NCBI GenBank assembly: GCA_031458695.1
Contig: JAVKJW010000027.1
Coordinates: 1 to 28,311 of the forward strand
Direction of reading: 5' to 3'
Source of the DNA: Candidatus Thermofontivivens primus
Lineage (GTDB): Bacteria; Sysuimicrobiota; Sysuimicrobiia; Sysuimicrobiales; Thermofontiviventaceae
Length of the DNA: 28,311 nt
Below are positions 1 to 8,606 of the stretch, one piece after another (position 1 is the first letter of the stretch; the number at the start of each line of letters is the position of its first letter). The position numbers were made by a program, and so were the translations under genes. Below the pieces are notes generated by a model. The model did not search any database. It saw nothing but the letters and a program-made list of their open reading frames with translations, and had not been told where the DNA came from.

Positions 1-2
1 AA

Positions 3-449
3 GCCGGTGCTGTGCTTATAGAACCCAATACACTCACCAGTTCGCTTGCAAACGATGTCGTATTAGCATTTAAGACGGCGCGGAAGGTTGGTGACGAAAA
101 GCGAGTGGTATTCCGCAATGACTTAGACTGTGCGGTACAGATCCCTCTGGATTATCGGCCCTGCTGGCAGGCTTATATCGTGTACTATTTAACGGAAGAA
201 ACGGGAAACAATGGGCCTTATGTTTTACGAAGACAGGTGATCTCCTTGAGCTCCCCGGATACGACATTCTCTTCAGTATCTACTCTATTAACCCCTGATA
301 CGGCACGACCAATTGCACGTCGGATCGGAAATTTCGTTGCGGTGACCTCTGGAAGCACAATTGACGTAACTTTAACAGCAGAAGCTGCAGTTCCCAATCT
401 TCCAGCACAATTGCTCACTCAAACTTTGAGGACATCCCCGAGGAACTGA
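3..449 (+). CDS. Minor pilin (PilW-like), C-terminal part; 5' end lies outside the window
   Basis: Frame is open to the window edge (GCC GGT GCT GTG...). Ends with IARRIGNF...IDVTLTA...RTSPRN*, a C-terminal pattern typical of PilW-like minor pilins. Lies directly upstream of a PilX-like gene and pilM. The N-terminal prepilin motif is not visible. Confidence 0.55.
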   Translation, partial: AGAVLIEPNTLTSSLANDVVLAFKTARKVGDEKRVVFRNDLDCAVQIPLDYRPCWQAYIVYYLTEETGNNGPYVLRRQVISLSSPDTTFSSVSTLLTPDTARPIARRIGNFVAVTSGSTIDVTLTAEAAVPNLPAQLLTQTLRTSPRN

Positions 450-539
450 GTATGAGGAACTGCATGAGACCGGATCGGAAAGATCGAGAATGTGGATCCG
501 AAGACATGTGACCAGAAAAACCCAACCACCGCATGGGGA

Positions 540-558
540 GGACAGGGCTTGTCCCTAC
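540..558 (-). repeat. Possible GTAG-type REP-like hairpin
   Basis: Minus strand reads GTAG-GGACA-AGCCC-TGTCC: a GTAG foot followed by a 5-bp stem, in an intergenic position. Confidence 0.3.
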
Positions 559-618
559 AAGATACTCTTGAAACCTTAGTAAAACAACAATGAAAAGCTT
601 CATTGGAAGGATGGAAAG

Positions 619-2034
619 ATGAATAATTGCAGCCGTTGGTATAGAAGTCAGCAAGGGTTCGCTTTCATTACAGCCCTTGCGGTTATGGCTATTTTGGCTA
701 TTGTTCTCACTGGGTTCATCCGGCTGATGATTGGAGATGTGGTCTTCGCAAGCTATCAAAGTGCCACTACAAGAGCTTTTTACCTGGCCGAATCAGGAGT
801 CCAAGAGGGACTCTTTCGGCTTAGACAAGGATATATTCATCCTCTGCTTTCTGGTGGTTTCATTCGTTTCCCCGTCACACTAAGCCCCACAGATTCCGTG
901 GAAGTTCGAGTCCTTGCACATTCCTTTGGGCGAGTGATTTATGAGATTACAGCTAGTGGCACGGTGAAGGAAAGTTCCCGTCGTGTTCGTATGCTTGTTA
1001 GACAAGAGATGTTACCTGCATTCTCGGATGCTATCCTCGGGAATAGGATTCAGTCGCAAGGAAGTGCTGAAATCAGGAAGGGAACGCTATACAGCCAACT
1101 GAACATTGTCTTGAAGCGCGATCTTGACCCCAATCAACTTGTCTTCGCCGGGGGTAGCATCAAGAAAGATCCCCCCATAGGAGCGGGTCCTTTCTACACG
1201 CACGAGGAAGCAGTGGCAGCTGGGAAACCAAATTGGTACCCTGGAACCCGCGTTGCTTTACCTCGATCTGAGTGGGAAAGTCGCTCGGAAGTGCCAGTGC
1301 CGTGTAGTACCATAAGGCCTTACTGGGACGACCTCATGTGCAAACAGTGGGATGCAGATGGTGATGGGCACAAGGAGACGTACGTTGTCTGGGAAGAGTG
1401 GAAGAAGAGATATCCGAACTTCTTCCCTTACACCTTCAACGATAGAAATCAAAACAACCGTTATGATGTGGGAGATCCCTTTACCGACATGAGCACTCCA
1501 CCGAACGGTACCTACGACCCAGGAGAACCCTATACTGATCTTGATGGGAATGGATCTTATACTCCACCGGAGCCAATTATAGGCATTTCCGAGGATCTTG
1601 CAAGGAAAGCTGTGATCCCGCCGTGGCCAGATCTCAACCCGTCTGAGTACTGGAGTGTGGCGGACATCACGCAAGTAGGGGGAGATCCAGACAATGCTGT
1701 GAGCAGGTCCAATGACCCCATATATGGCCCAACCCACGAATCGTCCAGGCCTCTCATTGTTCTCAACAATCCACAGAGTCCCCTAAACGGAAGTGGGCAT
1801 GGTGTCTTGCTGATTATGGGGGATCTCCAAGTGGAAGGTCAACCGAAATGGTATGGCACAATCTTTGTCGCAGGAACCTTGAGAGGAGGAGGGAATGTTA
1901 CCGTGTTCGGGGGGCTGATCGTTCGAGATATCCAGTTAACTGGATCCATTACTCTCTACCCCGGACCAATGGCCCCAGAATATTTCAGCACGCTCAGTGA
2001 GTTCCAAACGAAGACTTGGCACGAAAATCGCTAG
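619..2034 (+). CDS. PilX-like minor pilin with Ca-binding-like acidic repeats
   Basis: Class III signal SQQG|FAFITALAVMAILAIV lacking Glu at +5, as in PilX/GspK. PilX_N-like segment RAFYLAESGVQEGL. DxDxDG and DxNxNxxYDxGEP repeats. C-terminal GVLLIMGDL...GTIFVAG beta-repeat region. Confidence 0.8.
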   Translation: MNNCSRWYRSQQGFAFITALAVMAILAIVLTGFIRLMIGDVVFASYQSATTRAFYLAESGVQEGLFRLRQGYIHPLLSGGFIRFPVTLSPTDSVEVRVLAHSFGRVIYEITASGTVKESSRRVRMLVRQEMLPAFSDAILGNRIQSQGSAEIRKGTLYSQLNIVLKRDLDPNQLVFAGGSIKKDPPIGAGPFYTHEEAVAAGKPNWYPGTRVALPRSEWESRSEVPVPCSTIRPYWDDLMCKQWDADGDGHKETYVVWEEWKKRYPNFFPYTFNDRNQNNRYDVGDPFTDMSTPPNGTYDPGEPYTDLDGNGSYTPPEPIIGISEDLARKAVIPPWPDLNPSEYWSVADITQVGGDPDNAVSRSNDPIYGPTHESSRPLIVLNNPQSPLNGSGHGVLLIMGDLQVEGQPKWYGTIFVAGTLRGGGNVTVFGGLIVRDIQLTGSITLYPGPMAPEYFSTLSEFQTKTWHENR

Positions 2035-2059
2035 GGAAAAGGTGAGGGTGAGTCGAACA

Positions 2060-3148
2060 ATGCCACTGTTCGGGGCCCGTACGTATGTAGGGATCGATCT
2101 AGGGAGCCATGCCATCAAGGCCGTGGAGGTGGCTCGGGGACCGCAGGGGATTCGTATCCTCCGAGCCGGGAGTGTCCCTACACCCTCTGGAGCCATCAAA
2201 GATGGCGTGGCCGCCGACCCCGAGATTCTGGGAGGAGCGATCCGGACCCTCCTGAACCAGTTGCGGATCCAGCCGCGTAGGGTCCTCGCGGACATCGGTG
2301 GACAGGCTGTCATTGTGCGCGAGATCAAGCTCCCGGAAATGACGCGGGAGGAAGTTTCCCAGGCGGTGAAGTTCGAGGCGGAGCGCTACATTCCCTACGG
2401 TGTGAAGGACATGGTGGTGGACTTCGACATCGTGGGAGAGATCCTGGAAGGAGGACAGAGGCGGTTATTGGTTCTCCTGGTGGCGGCGAGGAAAGAGCTC
2501 GTAGATAGACAGCTCAAAGCCCTGGAGGTCGCCGGCATCCATCCCGAGATCCTCGACGTGGAAGCCTTCGCTGTGCTCCGTGGGCTCAGAGGTTCGCCTC
2601 TTGCGCAAGTGCCAGACGGCGAAGCCCTTGTATATGTGGACATTGGGGCGGATGCGACCGACATCCTGGTGACCGAAGGGGAGAGCCTACGGCTCATGCG
2701 GAATGTCTCGACAGGAGGCAACAACCTGACCCGTGCTATCTCCCTCGCGATGGATTTGGAGTTCGAGGCAGCAGAGGAACTCAAGACAAGACAAGGGACG
2801 CTCCTCCCCGAGGAAGTCGAGGGCGACCGAACCAGTAGGGAGCTTTACGACATTATGGTGCCTCACCTCATGGACATCGCCGCGGAGATCCGGCGGTCTG
2901 TGGACTATTTCCAGACGCGTTTTCAGAAAACCCGTATGGGGAAGGTCTTCCTCAGCGGTGGAACAGCGCACCTCAAGGGCCTCGACCGGTTCCTGGCGAC
3001 CGAGCTGGGCCTGGAGGTCGTCGTGGGAGATCCTTTCGAGGGATGTATCTGCGATGAGCGCACCTTCCCTGAAGAGGTGCGCAGGCGTATAGGCCCGGCC
3101 ATGGCTGCTGCAATTGGATTGGCCAAGCGGGGAGCGGAGGAACTATGA
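2060..3148 (+). CDS. pilM: Type IV pilus assembly protein PilM (actin-like fold)
   Basis: VGIDLGSHAIK, VDIGADAT, GGNNLT and LSGGTA motifs, C-terminal AAIGLA. ATG 2060 chosen over the ORF-track start. Confidence 0.95.
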   Translation: MPLFGARTYVGIDLGSHAIKAVEVARGPQGIRILRAGSVPTPSGAIKDGVAADPEILGGAIRTLLNQLRIQPRRVLADIGGQAVIVREIKLPEMTREEVSQAVKFEAERYIPYGVKDMVVDFDIVGEILEGGQRRLLVLLVAARKELVDRQLKALEVAGIHPEILDVEAFAVLRGLRGSPLAQVPDGEALVYVDIGADATDILVTEGESLRLMRNVSTGGNNLTRAISLAMDLEFEAAEELKTRQGTLLPEEVEGDRTSRELYDIMVPHLMDIAAEIRRSVDYFQTRFQKTRMGKVFLSGGTAHLKGLDRFLATELGLEVVVGDPFEGCICDERTFPEEVRRRIGPAMAAAIGLAKRGAEEL

Positions 3149-3714
3149 TCCGGATCAACCTGTTGCCAGAAGAGAGGGAGCGTCGGCCACGGTTCAGGCT
3201 TCCTCGCCTGTCCACCTTTGCGCTCCTCCTGCTCCTCCTGGTGCTTCTTGGCACCTGGTGGACTTACCTGACCGTCCGCAATAGCCGGCTGGAGGCGGAG
3301 GTTCGGCGTCTCGATGAGGAGATTGCGCTGTTACGTCCCAAGGTCCAGCAGGTGGAGGCCTTGCGGTCCCGAATTGAGCAGGCAAGGAGGAGGGAAGCAC
3401 TCCTCCGGCGGCTGGAACAGGCGGTGTTTCCGTGGGATCACGTCCTCGAAGAGGTGCGGGCGCTTACTCCGAAGGACGTATGGTTGACGAACCTCGCTTC
3501 GGATGAACGGGGGAACGTGACCATTGGAGGGTTTGGTCTCTCCTATGCTGCAGTGGCGAGGTTCATCGCCAACTTGGAGGCGAGCCCCTCTTTCCACGAA
3601 GTGGACCTTGGGGGGAGCCAGAAGCAGCAGATCGCCGGCCGTAGTGTGGTGAACTTTACTTTGACATGCCGCCTGGCGACCTTCCAGGCATCGAAGGAGG
3701 CCTCGGGGCAGTGA
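3145..3714 (+). CDS. pilN: Type IV pilus assembly protein PilN
   Basis: N-terminal INLLP PilM-binding motif, TM helix, coiled coil, PKDVWL motif. ATGA overlap with pilM. Confidence 0.95.
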   Translation: MIRINLLPEERERRPRFRLPRLSTFALLLLLLVLLGTWWTYLTVRNSRLEAEVRRLDEEIALLRPKVQQVEALRSRIEQARRREALLRRLEQAVFPWDHVLEEVRALTPKDVWLTNLASDERGNVTIGGFGLSYAAVARFIANLEASPSFHEVDLGGSQKQQIAGRSVVNFTLTCRLATFQASKEASGQ

Positions 3715-4346
3715 CGCGGCGAGAACAAACCCTTCTCAGCTTAGCTTTTGTGCTGGCATTGCTTGTGCTCTTCTACGTCTATGGCTACCAGCCCAAGCAG
3801 GCAGCCTATCAGGAGCTGACGACGAAGCTCGTTGACAAACAGGAACAACTCGCCAGGATGCAGACCTCTGTTGCCCAGGCCTCCCGTCTGGAGCAAGAGT
3901 ACAAGAACCTGCAAGGGTTCATTGCCCGGATGGAGGCCCGGCTCCCCACGGGAAAGGATATCCCTGCACTCTTGATCGCCCTGGAGGAGCTGACCCGTAA
4001 GACGGGAGTGGATCTGGGCGCCGTGCGAACGGGACAGCTCAAGCCGGCAGGCGCTTCCCCACAGCAGGAGGCAGGGGGGAAGAAGGCACCGGCTCAAGGA
4101 GAGCTCAGGTATTCCACGATGCCTGTGGAAATTACCCTCTACGGGTCCTATAGCCAGATCGGCACCTTTCTCAGGGAGCTTCGGGATTTTCCCAGACTCA
4201 TCGCCATCTCTCGTATCACCATTGCGCCGAGATCCGTCCCCACTCTTGCTGTGAGCCTTTCCGGCGAGACCTTCGTCCTTGAGGGAGGGCCCGGTAGGGT
4301 TCCGACAGGTACGAAGTCCTCGCAGGGTGCGGAAGGAGGGCAGTGA
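3711..4346 (+). CDS. pilO: Type IV pilus assembly protein PilO
   Basis: TRREQ then TM helix, coiled coil, RLP..DIPALL and GSYSQIGTFL...FPRLI. GTG start overlaps the pilN stop; RBS AAGGAGG at 3694-3700. Confidence 0.92.
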   Translation: MTRREQTLLSLAFVLALLVLFYVYGYQPKQAAYQELTTKLVDKQEQLARMQTSVAQASRLEQEYKNLQGFIARMEARLPTGKDIPALLIALEELTRKTGVDLGAVRTGQLKPAGASPQQEAGGKKAPAQGELRYSTMPVEITLYGSYSQIGTFLRELRDFPRLIAISRITIAPRSVPTLAVSLSGETFVLEGGPGRVPTGTKSSQGAEGGQ

Positions 4347-4347
4347 A

Positions 4348-4989
4348 GTGTTCAGCAGGATCAAAGAGCTATTCCGAACCCGCCCTGCGCTGATGTGGGG
4401 GCTCGCCCTGCTGGCTGTCATCGGGCTGGGTTACGCAGGGATTCGCACCTTTACTCCCCCTGCACCCCAAGTGAGCGGGCCTCCTCAGCCGTCAGAAAAG
4501 CAAGCCCCTCCTCCGGCTCAGCCGTCTCAAGGGGCTACAAAAGCAGCGCCGATCCCGATCCTGCAGGGCGCAGGGAGACTGGATCCCTTCCAGCCCCTCG
4601 TGGTGGAGAAGCCAGCTGAGCAACCCAAGCGGCCTGCATTGATGCCCTCTGCAGCCCCTGCAGTCCCGCCGCTTCCCCTCCCTCCACCCCCCTCTCCGCC
4701 GGCGCCATCTCCTGCACCACAGCCACCAGCTGTCCCGCAACAACCAGCTGTCCCGAAGCCACCGGCGCCGCCAGCGCAAGAGCCACCGATCCCGGCGCTG
4801 GCCATCACGGGCATCCTTTCCGATGCGCGGCCCCTTGCGATCATCCGGGCAGGAGGTACGACGTCCATTGTAGCCGAGGGGGAGGAGGTGATCCCGGGGG
4901 TCAAGGTGGTACGCATTGAGCCAGAGGCGCGCCGGGTAGTGGTTGCAGTGGACGGGAAGAACGTGGAGGTTCGTTTAGGAGGTGAGTAG
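4348..4989 (+). CDS. Pro-rich membrane-anchored pilus alignment protein (PilP / GspC-HR-like)
   Basis: Lies between pilO and pilQ. N-terminal TM helix, GRLDPFQP motif, long Pro-rich linker, and a C-terminal beta domain (ITGIL...LAII...VAEGEEV.PGVKVVRI). No lipobox Cys. Confidence 0.75.
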   Translation: MFSRIKELFRTRPALMWGLALLAVIGLGYAGIRTFTPPAPQVSGPPQPSEKQAPPPAQPSQGATKAAPIPILQGAGRLDPFQPLVVEKPAEQPKRPALMPSAAPAVPPLPLPPPPSPPAPSPAPQPPAVPQQPAVPKPPAPPAQEPPIPALAITGILSDARPLAIIRAGGTTSIVAEGEEVIPGVKVVRIEPEARRVVVAVDGKNVEVRLGGE

Positions 4990-4993
4990 GGCA

Positions 4994-6733
4994 GTGCCGG
5001 TGATCAAGTCGCAGAACTCAGGTCCCAGGTTTCAACCCCTTAACCTCCGATCACGGAGCCCTGGTATGCAGCTTTTGGTTTTCCTGGTGCTCGCCTCACT
5101 GGCATTGGGGGTCCCCTCCTCGGGGGGCGCGGCCACAGGCCGTGGAATCGCCCGGCTGGTCTCTGTGACCGTGAAGGAGTTCATAGGGAAGCTCCAAGTG
5201 GGTATCGTGGCAGATGGGCGTGTCAGCTATCGCTGGATCGAGCTGGAGAACCCCCCCAGGGTGGCGATTGACGTCTTCCCGGTAGTGTTAGAGGCGGGCG
5301 TCCTTCCACTCCTCCATGTGGGGAAGGGCCCAGTGGTTCGCGTGCGGGTTAGCCAGTTCCAGGAGGAGACCGTCAGGGTGGTCCTGGATCTCACAAAACA
5401 AGTGAAGGTGCAGGTAGAGCAGGTAGCGCCCCAAGTGGTGGTGGCGGCTGTATCCCTCCCGATGGCCGTTGCTTCTTCTTCGAAGCCGATAGAAGCTCCG
5501 CCAGCCACTAAGCGCGTCCTCCCCTCCCCTCCAGCGGTGGTAGCCCAGGTGAAACCTAGCTCCGAGCAGAGCGAACAATCTCCTCCCCCCTATTCTCCTT
5601 CCCCAACAGCTCAGGAGAGGCCCTCCCGGATTACCTTGGAACTGCGGGACGCGGAGCTTGCTGACGTCCTCAGTGCCCTGGGGCGGATCTGCAACTTCAA
5701 CATCGTCACGGATGCCTCGGTCAAAGGGCGGGTAACCATCCGATTGCTGGATGTTACCTGCGATGAGGCCTTGCGCCTTGTCCTCGAGCCCAACAACCTT
5801 GCCTACAAGAGGGTGGGTCGGAACCTCATTGTCATGGCGGCAGAGAAACTCGCTCCTCCTCCTGAGATCCCCCAGACGATCATCTATCCCTTGAACTTCG
5901 GGGACGCGGAGCAAGCGAGGGCCGCGGTGGCCGCGACGGTCCCCGGGATCCGGGTGGCCATCGATAAGCGCACCAACGCCCTGATTGTGACCGGGACACA
6001 ATCACAGCACGAAGAGGTCCAGAAAGTGTTAGTCGCCCTGGACATCCAGATACCTCAAGTGATGATCGAGGCGAGGGTTGTAGACATCAGCGCCTCCACA
6101 CTCGAGCAACTCGGGCTGCAATGGGGGTTCACCCTTGGGCCCCATGGTACGGTCAAGGGGGAGGAGTCGACGAGCCGGGTGACCATCGGCATCGTCTCGG
6201 GACCGATCCTGCAGGCATCGCTCAATGCCTTGGTGACGGAGGGGAAGGCAAGGGTTCTGTCGGCTCCACGGGTAGCCGTGGTCGATGGGAACAAGGCGTC
6301 TATCGTTTTGGGGGATGAGATCCCGATCCCCCAGCGGGATGCGCAGGGGAACATCACGTTCACGTTCCGGCCTGTGGGGGTCAACCTCTCCATCACGCCC
6401 AGGGTGAACAGGGACGGGTTGATCACTACCGTCATCGTTCCCGAGGTGAGCCGCGTCATCGAGTTCTTGTCTACCCCGGCGGGTCCTGTCCCGCGCATCG
6501 GCACGCGCAAGGTCGATTCCATCGTAACGGTCAAGGATGGAGACTCCATCGTCATTGCCGGCTTGATCAGCGATGAGGAACGGAAGACCATGGTGAAGGT
6601 GCCCCTGCTGGGCGACATCCCGGTGATCGGGTCGCTTTTCCGGTTCACCACGACAGATGTCCGCCGGAGCGAGGTGATCTTCATCATCACCCCTCGGATC
6701 ATCCCTCCCGGGCAGCAACTTCCCAAGCCGTAA
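4994..6733 (+). CDS. pilQ: Type IV pilus secretin PilQ (AMIN + N0/STN + N3 + secretin core)
   Basis: AMIN-like LENPPRVAID...VRVSQF...VRVVLDL; ITLELRDAEL; IDKRTNALIV; QVMIEARVV; KVPLLGDIPVIGSLF. Start uncertain (4982, 4994 or 5066); AGGAGGTG lies upstream of 4994. Confidence 0.93.
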   Translation: MPVIKSQNSGPRFQPLNLRSRSPGMQLLVFLVLASLALGVPSSGGAATGRGIARLVSVTVKEFIGKLQVGIVADGRVSYRWIELENPPRVAIDVFPVVLEAGVLPLLHVGKGPVVRVRVSQFQEETVRVVLDLTKQVKVQVEQVAPQVVVAAVSLPMAVASSSKPIEAPPATKRVLPSPPAVVAQVKPSSEQSEQSPPPYSPSPTAQERPSRITLELRDAELADVLSALGRICNFNIVTDASVKGRVTIRLLDVTCDEALRLVLEPNNLAYKRVGRNLIVMAAEKLAPPPEIPQTIIYPLNFGDAEQARAAVAATVPGIRVAIDKRTNALIVTGTQSQHEEVQKVLVALDIQIPQVMIEARVVDISASTLEQLGLQWGFTLGPHGTVKGEESTSRVTIGIVSGPILQASLNALVTEGKARVLSAPRVAVVDGNKASIVLGDEIPIPQRDAQGNITFTFRPVGVNLSITPRVNRDGLITTVIVPEVSRVIEFLSTPAGPVPRIGTRKVDSIVTVKDGDSIVIAGLISDEERKTMVKVPLLGDIPVIGSLFRFTTTDVRRSEVIFIITPRIIPPGQQLPKP

Positions 6734-6735
6734 GA

Positions 6736-6769
6736 GAGGGGCACGGCGCCGCCGTGCCCCTCCAATTTT
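6736..6769 (+). terminator. Hairpin after pilQ (likely terminator; also REP-like)
   Basis: Perfect 12-bp stem GAGGGGCACGGC-GCC-GCCGTGCCCCTC followed by CAATTTT. Confidence 0.65.
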
Positions 6770-6870
6770 GCGAGGTGAAGGCGTCTCCTAGAGGAGATGG
6801 CCTGCCTTCCCATTCCCATGCGAGAACCCCCTCGGATCCAAAGATTTCGCTGGCGCTCCTTCCATACGCA

Positions 6871-6899
6871 TTGAAGAGCTTAGAGTTCTACGGTATATT
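6871..6899 (+). promoter_or_regulatory. Sigma70-type promoter for the peptidase-efp genes
   Basis: TTGAAG-17 bp-TATATT, then RBS AGGAGGTG (6913-6920) and ATG 6926. Confidence 0.65.
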
Positions 6900-6925
6900 T
6901 GGCAAAGAGAGTAGGAGGTGTGGGA

Positions 6926-7987
6926 ATGACGCGTCTAGAACGCCTGCGGAAGCTCATGGAAGAACAAGGGGTCCCTGCCATGATGGTGATGAAGCCAGAG
7001 AACAGAACCTACGTGAGCGGGTTCGATGGGACCGCGGGCATCGCCCTGGTGACGGAGACAGAGGCATTGCTGTTGGTGGATTTCCGCTACACTGAGCAGG
7101 CGACCCAGCAAGCTCCCCAGTTCCAGGTCATCCAGACCTCACCCCAACCCTATGAGACCCTTGTTCAGGTGGTCCGGGAGCGCCAAATTGGACGCATCGG
7201 GTTCGAAGCGGACTACCTCCCCTATGGACAGGTCCAGAAGCTCGCAGAGGCCCTCCGGCCTGTAGAGCTTCTTCCCATTGAGAGTGTCGATCGGATCCGC
7301 TGGATCAAAGACCAGGAGGAGCAAGCGCGCATCGCCAGGGCTGTAGAGATTGCCGACAGCGCGTTCGCGCACATCCTTCAGTACCTGCGCCCAGGGGTCA
7401 CAGAACAGGAGATCGCCATTGAGCTGGAGTATTTCATGCGCAGGCAGGGGGCGAGTAAACCCGCCTTCGATACCATCGTCGCATCGGGACCGAGGTCTGC
7501 CCTCCCTCATGGGCGGGCCTCGGAGAAGGTCCTTGAGCGGGGCGACCTCGTGACGCTGGACTTCGGCGCGGTCTACCGGGGATATTGTTCCGACTGTACA
7601 AGGACCATCGTCCTGGGGAAGGCAACAGAGGAGCAGCGCAAGATTTACACCATTGTCCTGGAAGCGCAGGAGAGAGCGCTAGAGGCCCTGCGCCCAGGTG
7701 TCAAGGGGAAGGACGTGGATGGAGTGGCTCGTTCCTGTATCGCAGAAAAGGGCTACGGGGAGCACTTTGGCCATGGGCTCGGGCACTCGGTGGGGCTGGC
7801 GATCCACGAAACGCCGACCCTTTCCACGCGGGATGAGAATGTCCTCGAGCCCGGGATGGTGCTCACGGTGGAGCCAGGGATCTACCTGCCTGGTTGGGGA
7901 GGCGTACGCATCGAGGACCTCGCCGTCGTCACCGAGGACGGCTGCCGGGTGCTGACGAAAGCCCCCAAGACATTGCTGGAACTTTGA
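6926..7987 (+). CDS. Xaa-Pro aminopeptidase/prolidase (M24B, YqhT-like)
   Basis: Creatinase_N domain (DFRY) and the metal ligands in DFG...YCSDCTRT, HGLGHSVGL.IHE, TVEPGIY and GVRIED. Confidence 0.95.
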   Translation: MTRLERLRKLMEEQGVPAMMVMKPENRTYVSGFDGTAGIALVTETEALLLVDFRYTEQATQQAPQFQVIQTSPQPYETLVQVVRERQIGRIGFEADYLPYGQVQKLAEALRPVELLPIESVDRIRWIKDQEEQARIARAVEIADSAFAHILQYLRPGVTEQEIAIELEYFMRRQGASKPAFDTIVASGPRSALPHGRASEKVLERGDLVTLDFGAVYRGYCSDCTRTIVLGKATEEQRKIYTIVLEAQERALEALRPGVKGKDVDGVARSCIAEKGYGEHFGHGLGHSVGLAIHETPTLSTRDENVLEPGMVLTVEPGIYLPGWGGVRIEDLAVVTEDGCRVLTKAPKTLLEL

Positions 7988-8019
7988 GAGATCTTTCTTG
8001 GCTGGGAGGTTGAAGAGCG

Positions 8020-8580
8020 ATGATCTCGACCAACGATTTTCGTCCTGGAGTGCACATTGAGCTGGAGGGAGAGCTCTATACCGTCATCGAGGCCCAGCAC
8101 GTAAAGCGGGGGAGGGGCTCTGCGTACGTGTGGGCGAAAATCAAGAACCTGCGCACGGGTGCAATCGTGGAGAGGACCTTCAACGCCGGCGAGCGGGTTC
8201 CCCAAGCGATCCTGGAGAGGAGGGAGATGCAATATCTCTACTCCACGGGAGAGGAGTATGTTTTCATGGACCAAGAGAGCTATGAGCAGGTGGGGATCCC
8301 AGTGGACGTGCTTGGGGAGACCGTCCACTACCTTGTGGAGAATATGGTGGTCGGCGTGTACTTCTATGAGGGTCGACCCATTGAGGTAGAACTTCCCACT
8401 GCGGTGGAGCTGGAGGTAGTGGACACTGCGCCAGGCGTTCGCGGGGACACGGTCTCGGGGGGCACCAAGCCAGCCACCCTCCAGACAGGCCTGGTGGTCC
8501 AGGTTCCCTTGTTCGTCCAGGTAGGGGACAGGATCCGCGTGGATACGCGCACAGGGGAGTACCTGGAGAGGGTGAAATAA
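8020..8580 (+). CDS. efp: Translation elongation factor P
   Basis: 186 aa with PGVRGDT, KPATLQTG, VPLFV and DTRTGEYLER. Tip loop is HVKRGRG. Confidence 0.98.
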   Translation: MISTNDFRPGVHIELEGELYTVIEAQHVKRGRGSAYVWAKIKNLRTGAIVERTFNAGERVPQAILERREMQYLYSTGEEYVFMDQESYEQVGIPVDVLGETVHYLVENMVVGVYFYEGRPIEVELPTAVELEVVDTAPGVRGDTVSGGTKPATLQTGLVVQVPLFVQVGDRIRVDTRTGEYLERVK

Positions 8581-8600
8581 ACCCGGCGGTCTGTTATAAT
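8572..8600 (+). promoter_or_regulatory. Extended -10 sigma70 promoter
   Basis: Perfect TGnTATAAT (8592-8600), with GTGAAA (8572-8577) 17 bp upstream of the hexamer. Confidence 0.75.
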
Positions 8601-8606
8601 GACCCT

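Noticed and set aside
1..2034. Diversity-generating retroelement or shufflon acting on the pilin genes
   Set aside because: No reverse transcriptase, TR/VR repeat pair or repeated inversion sites are visible in this window.
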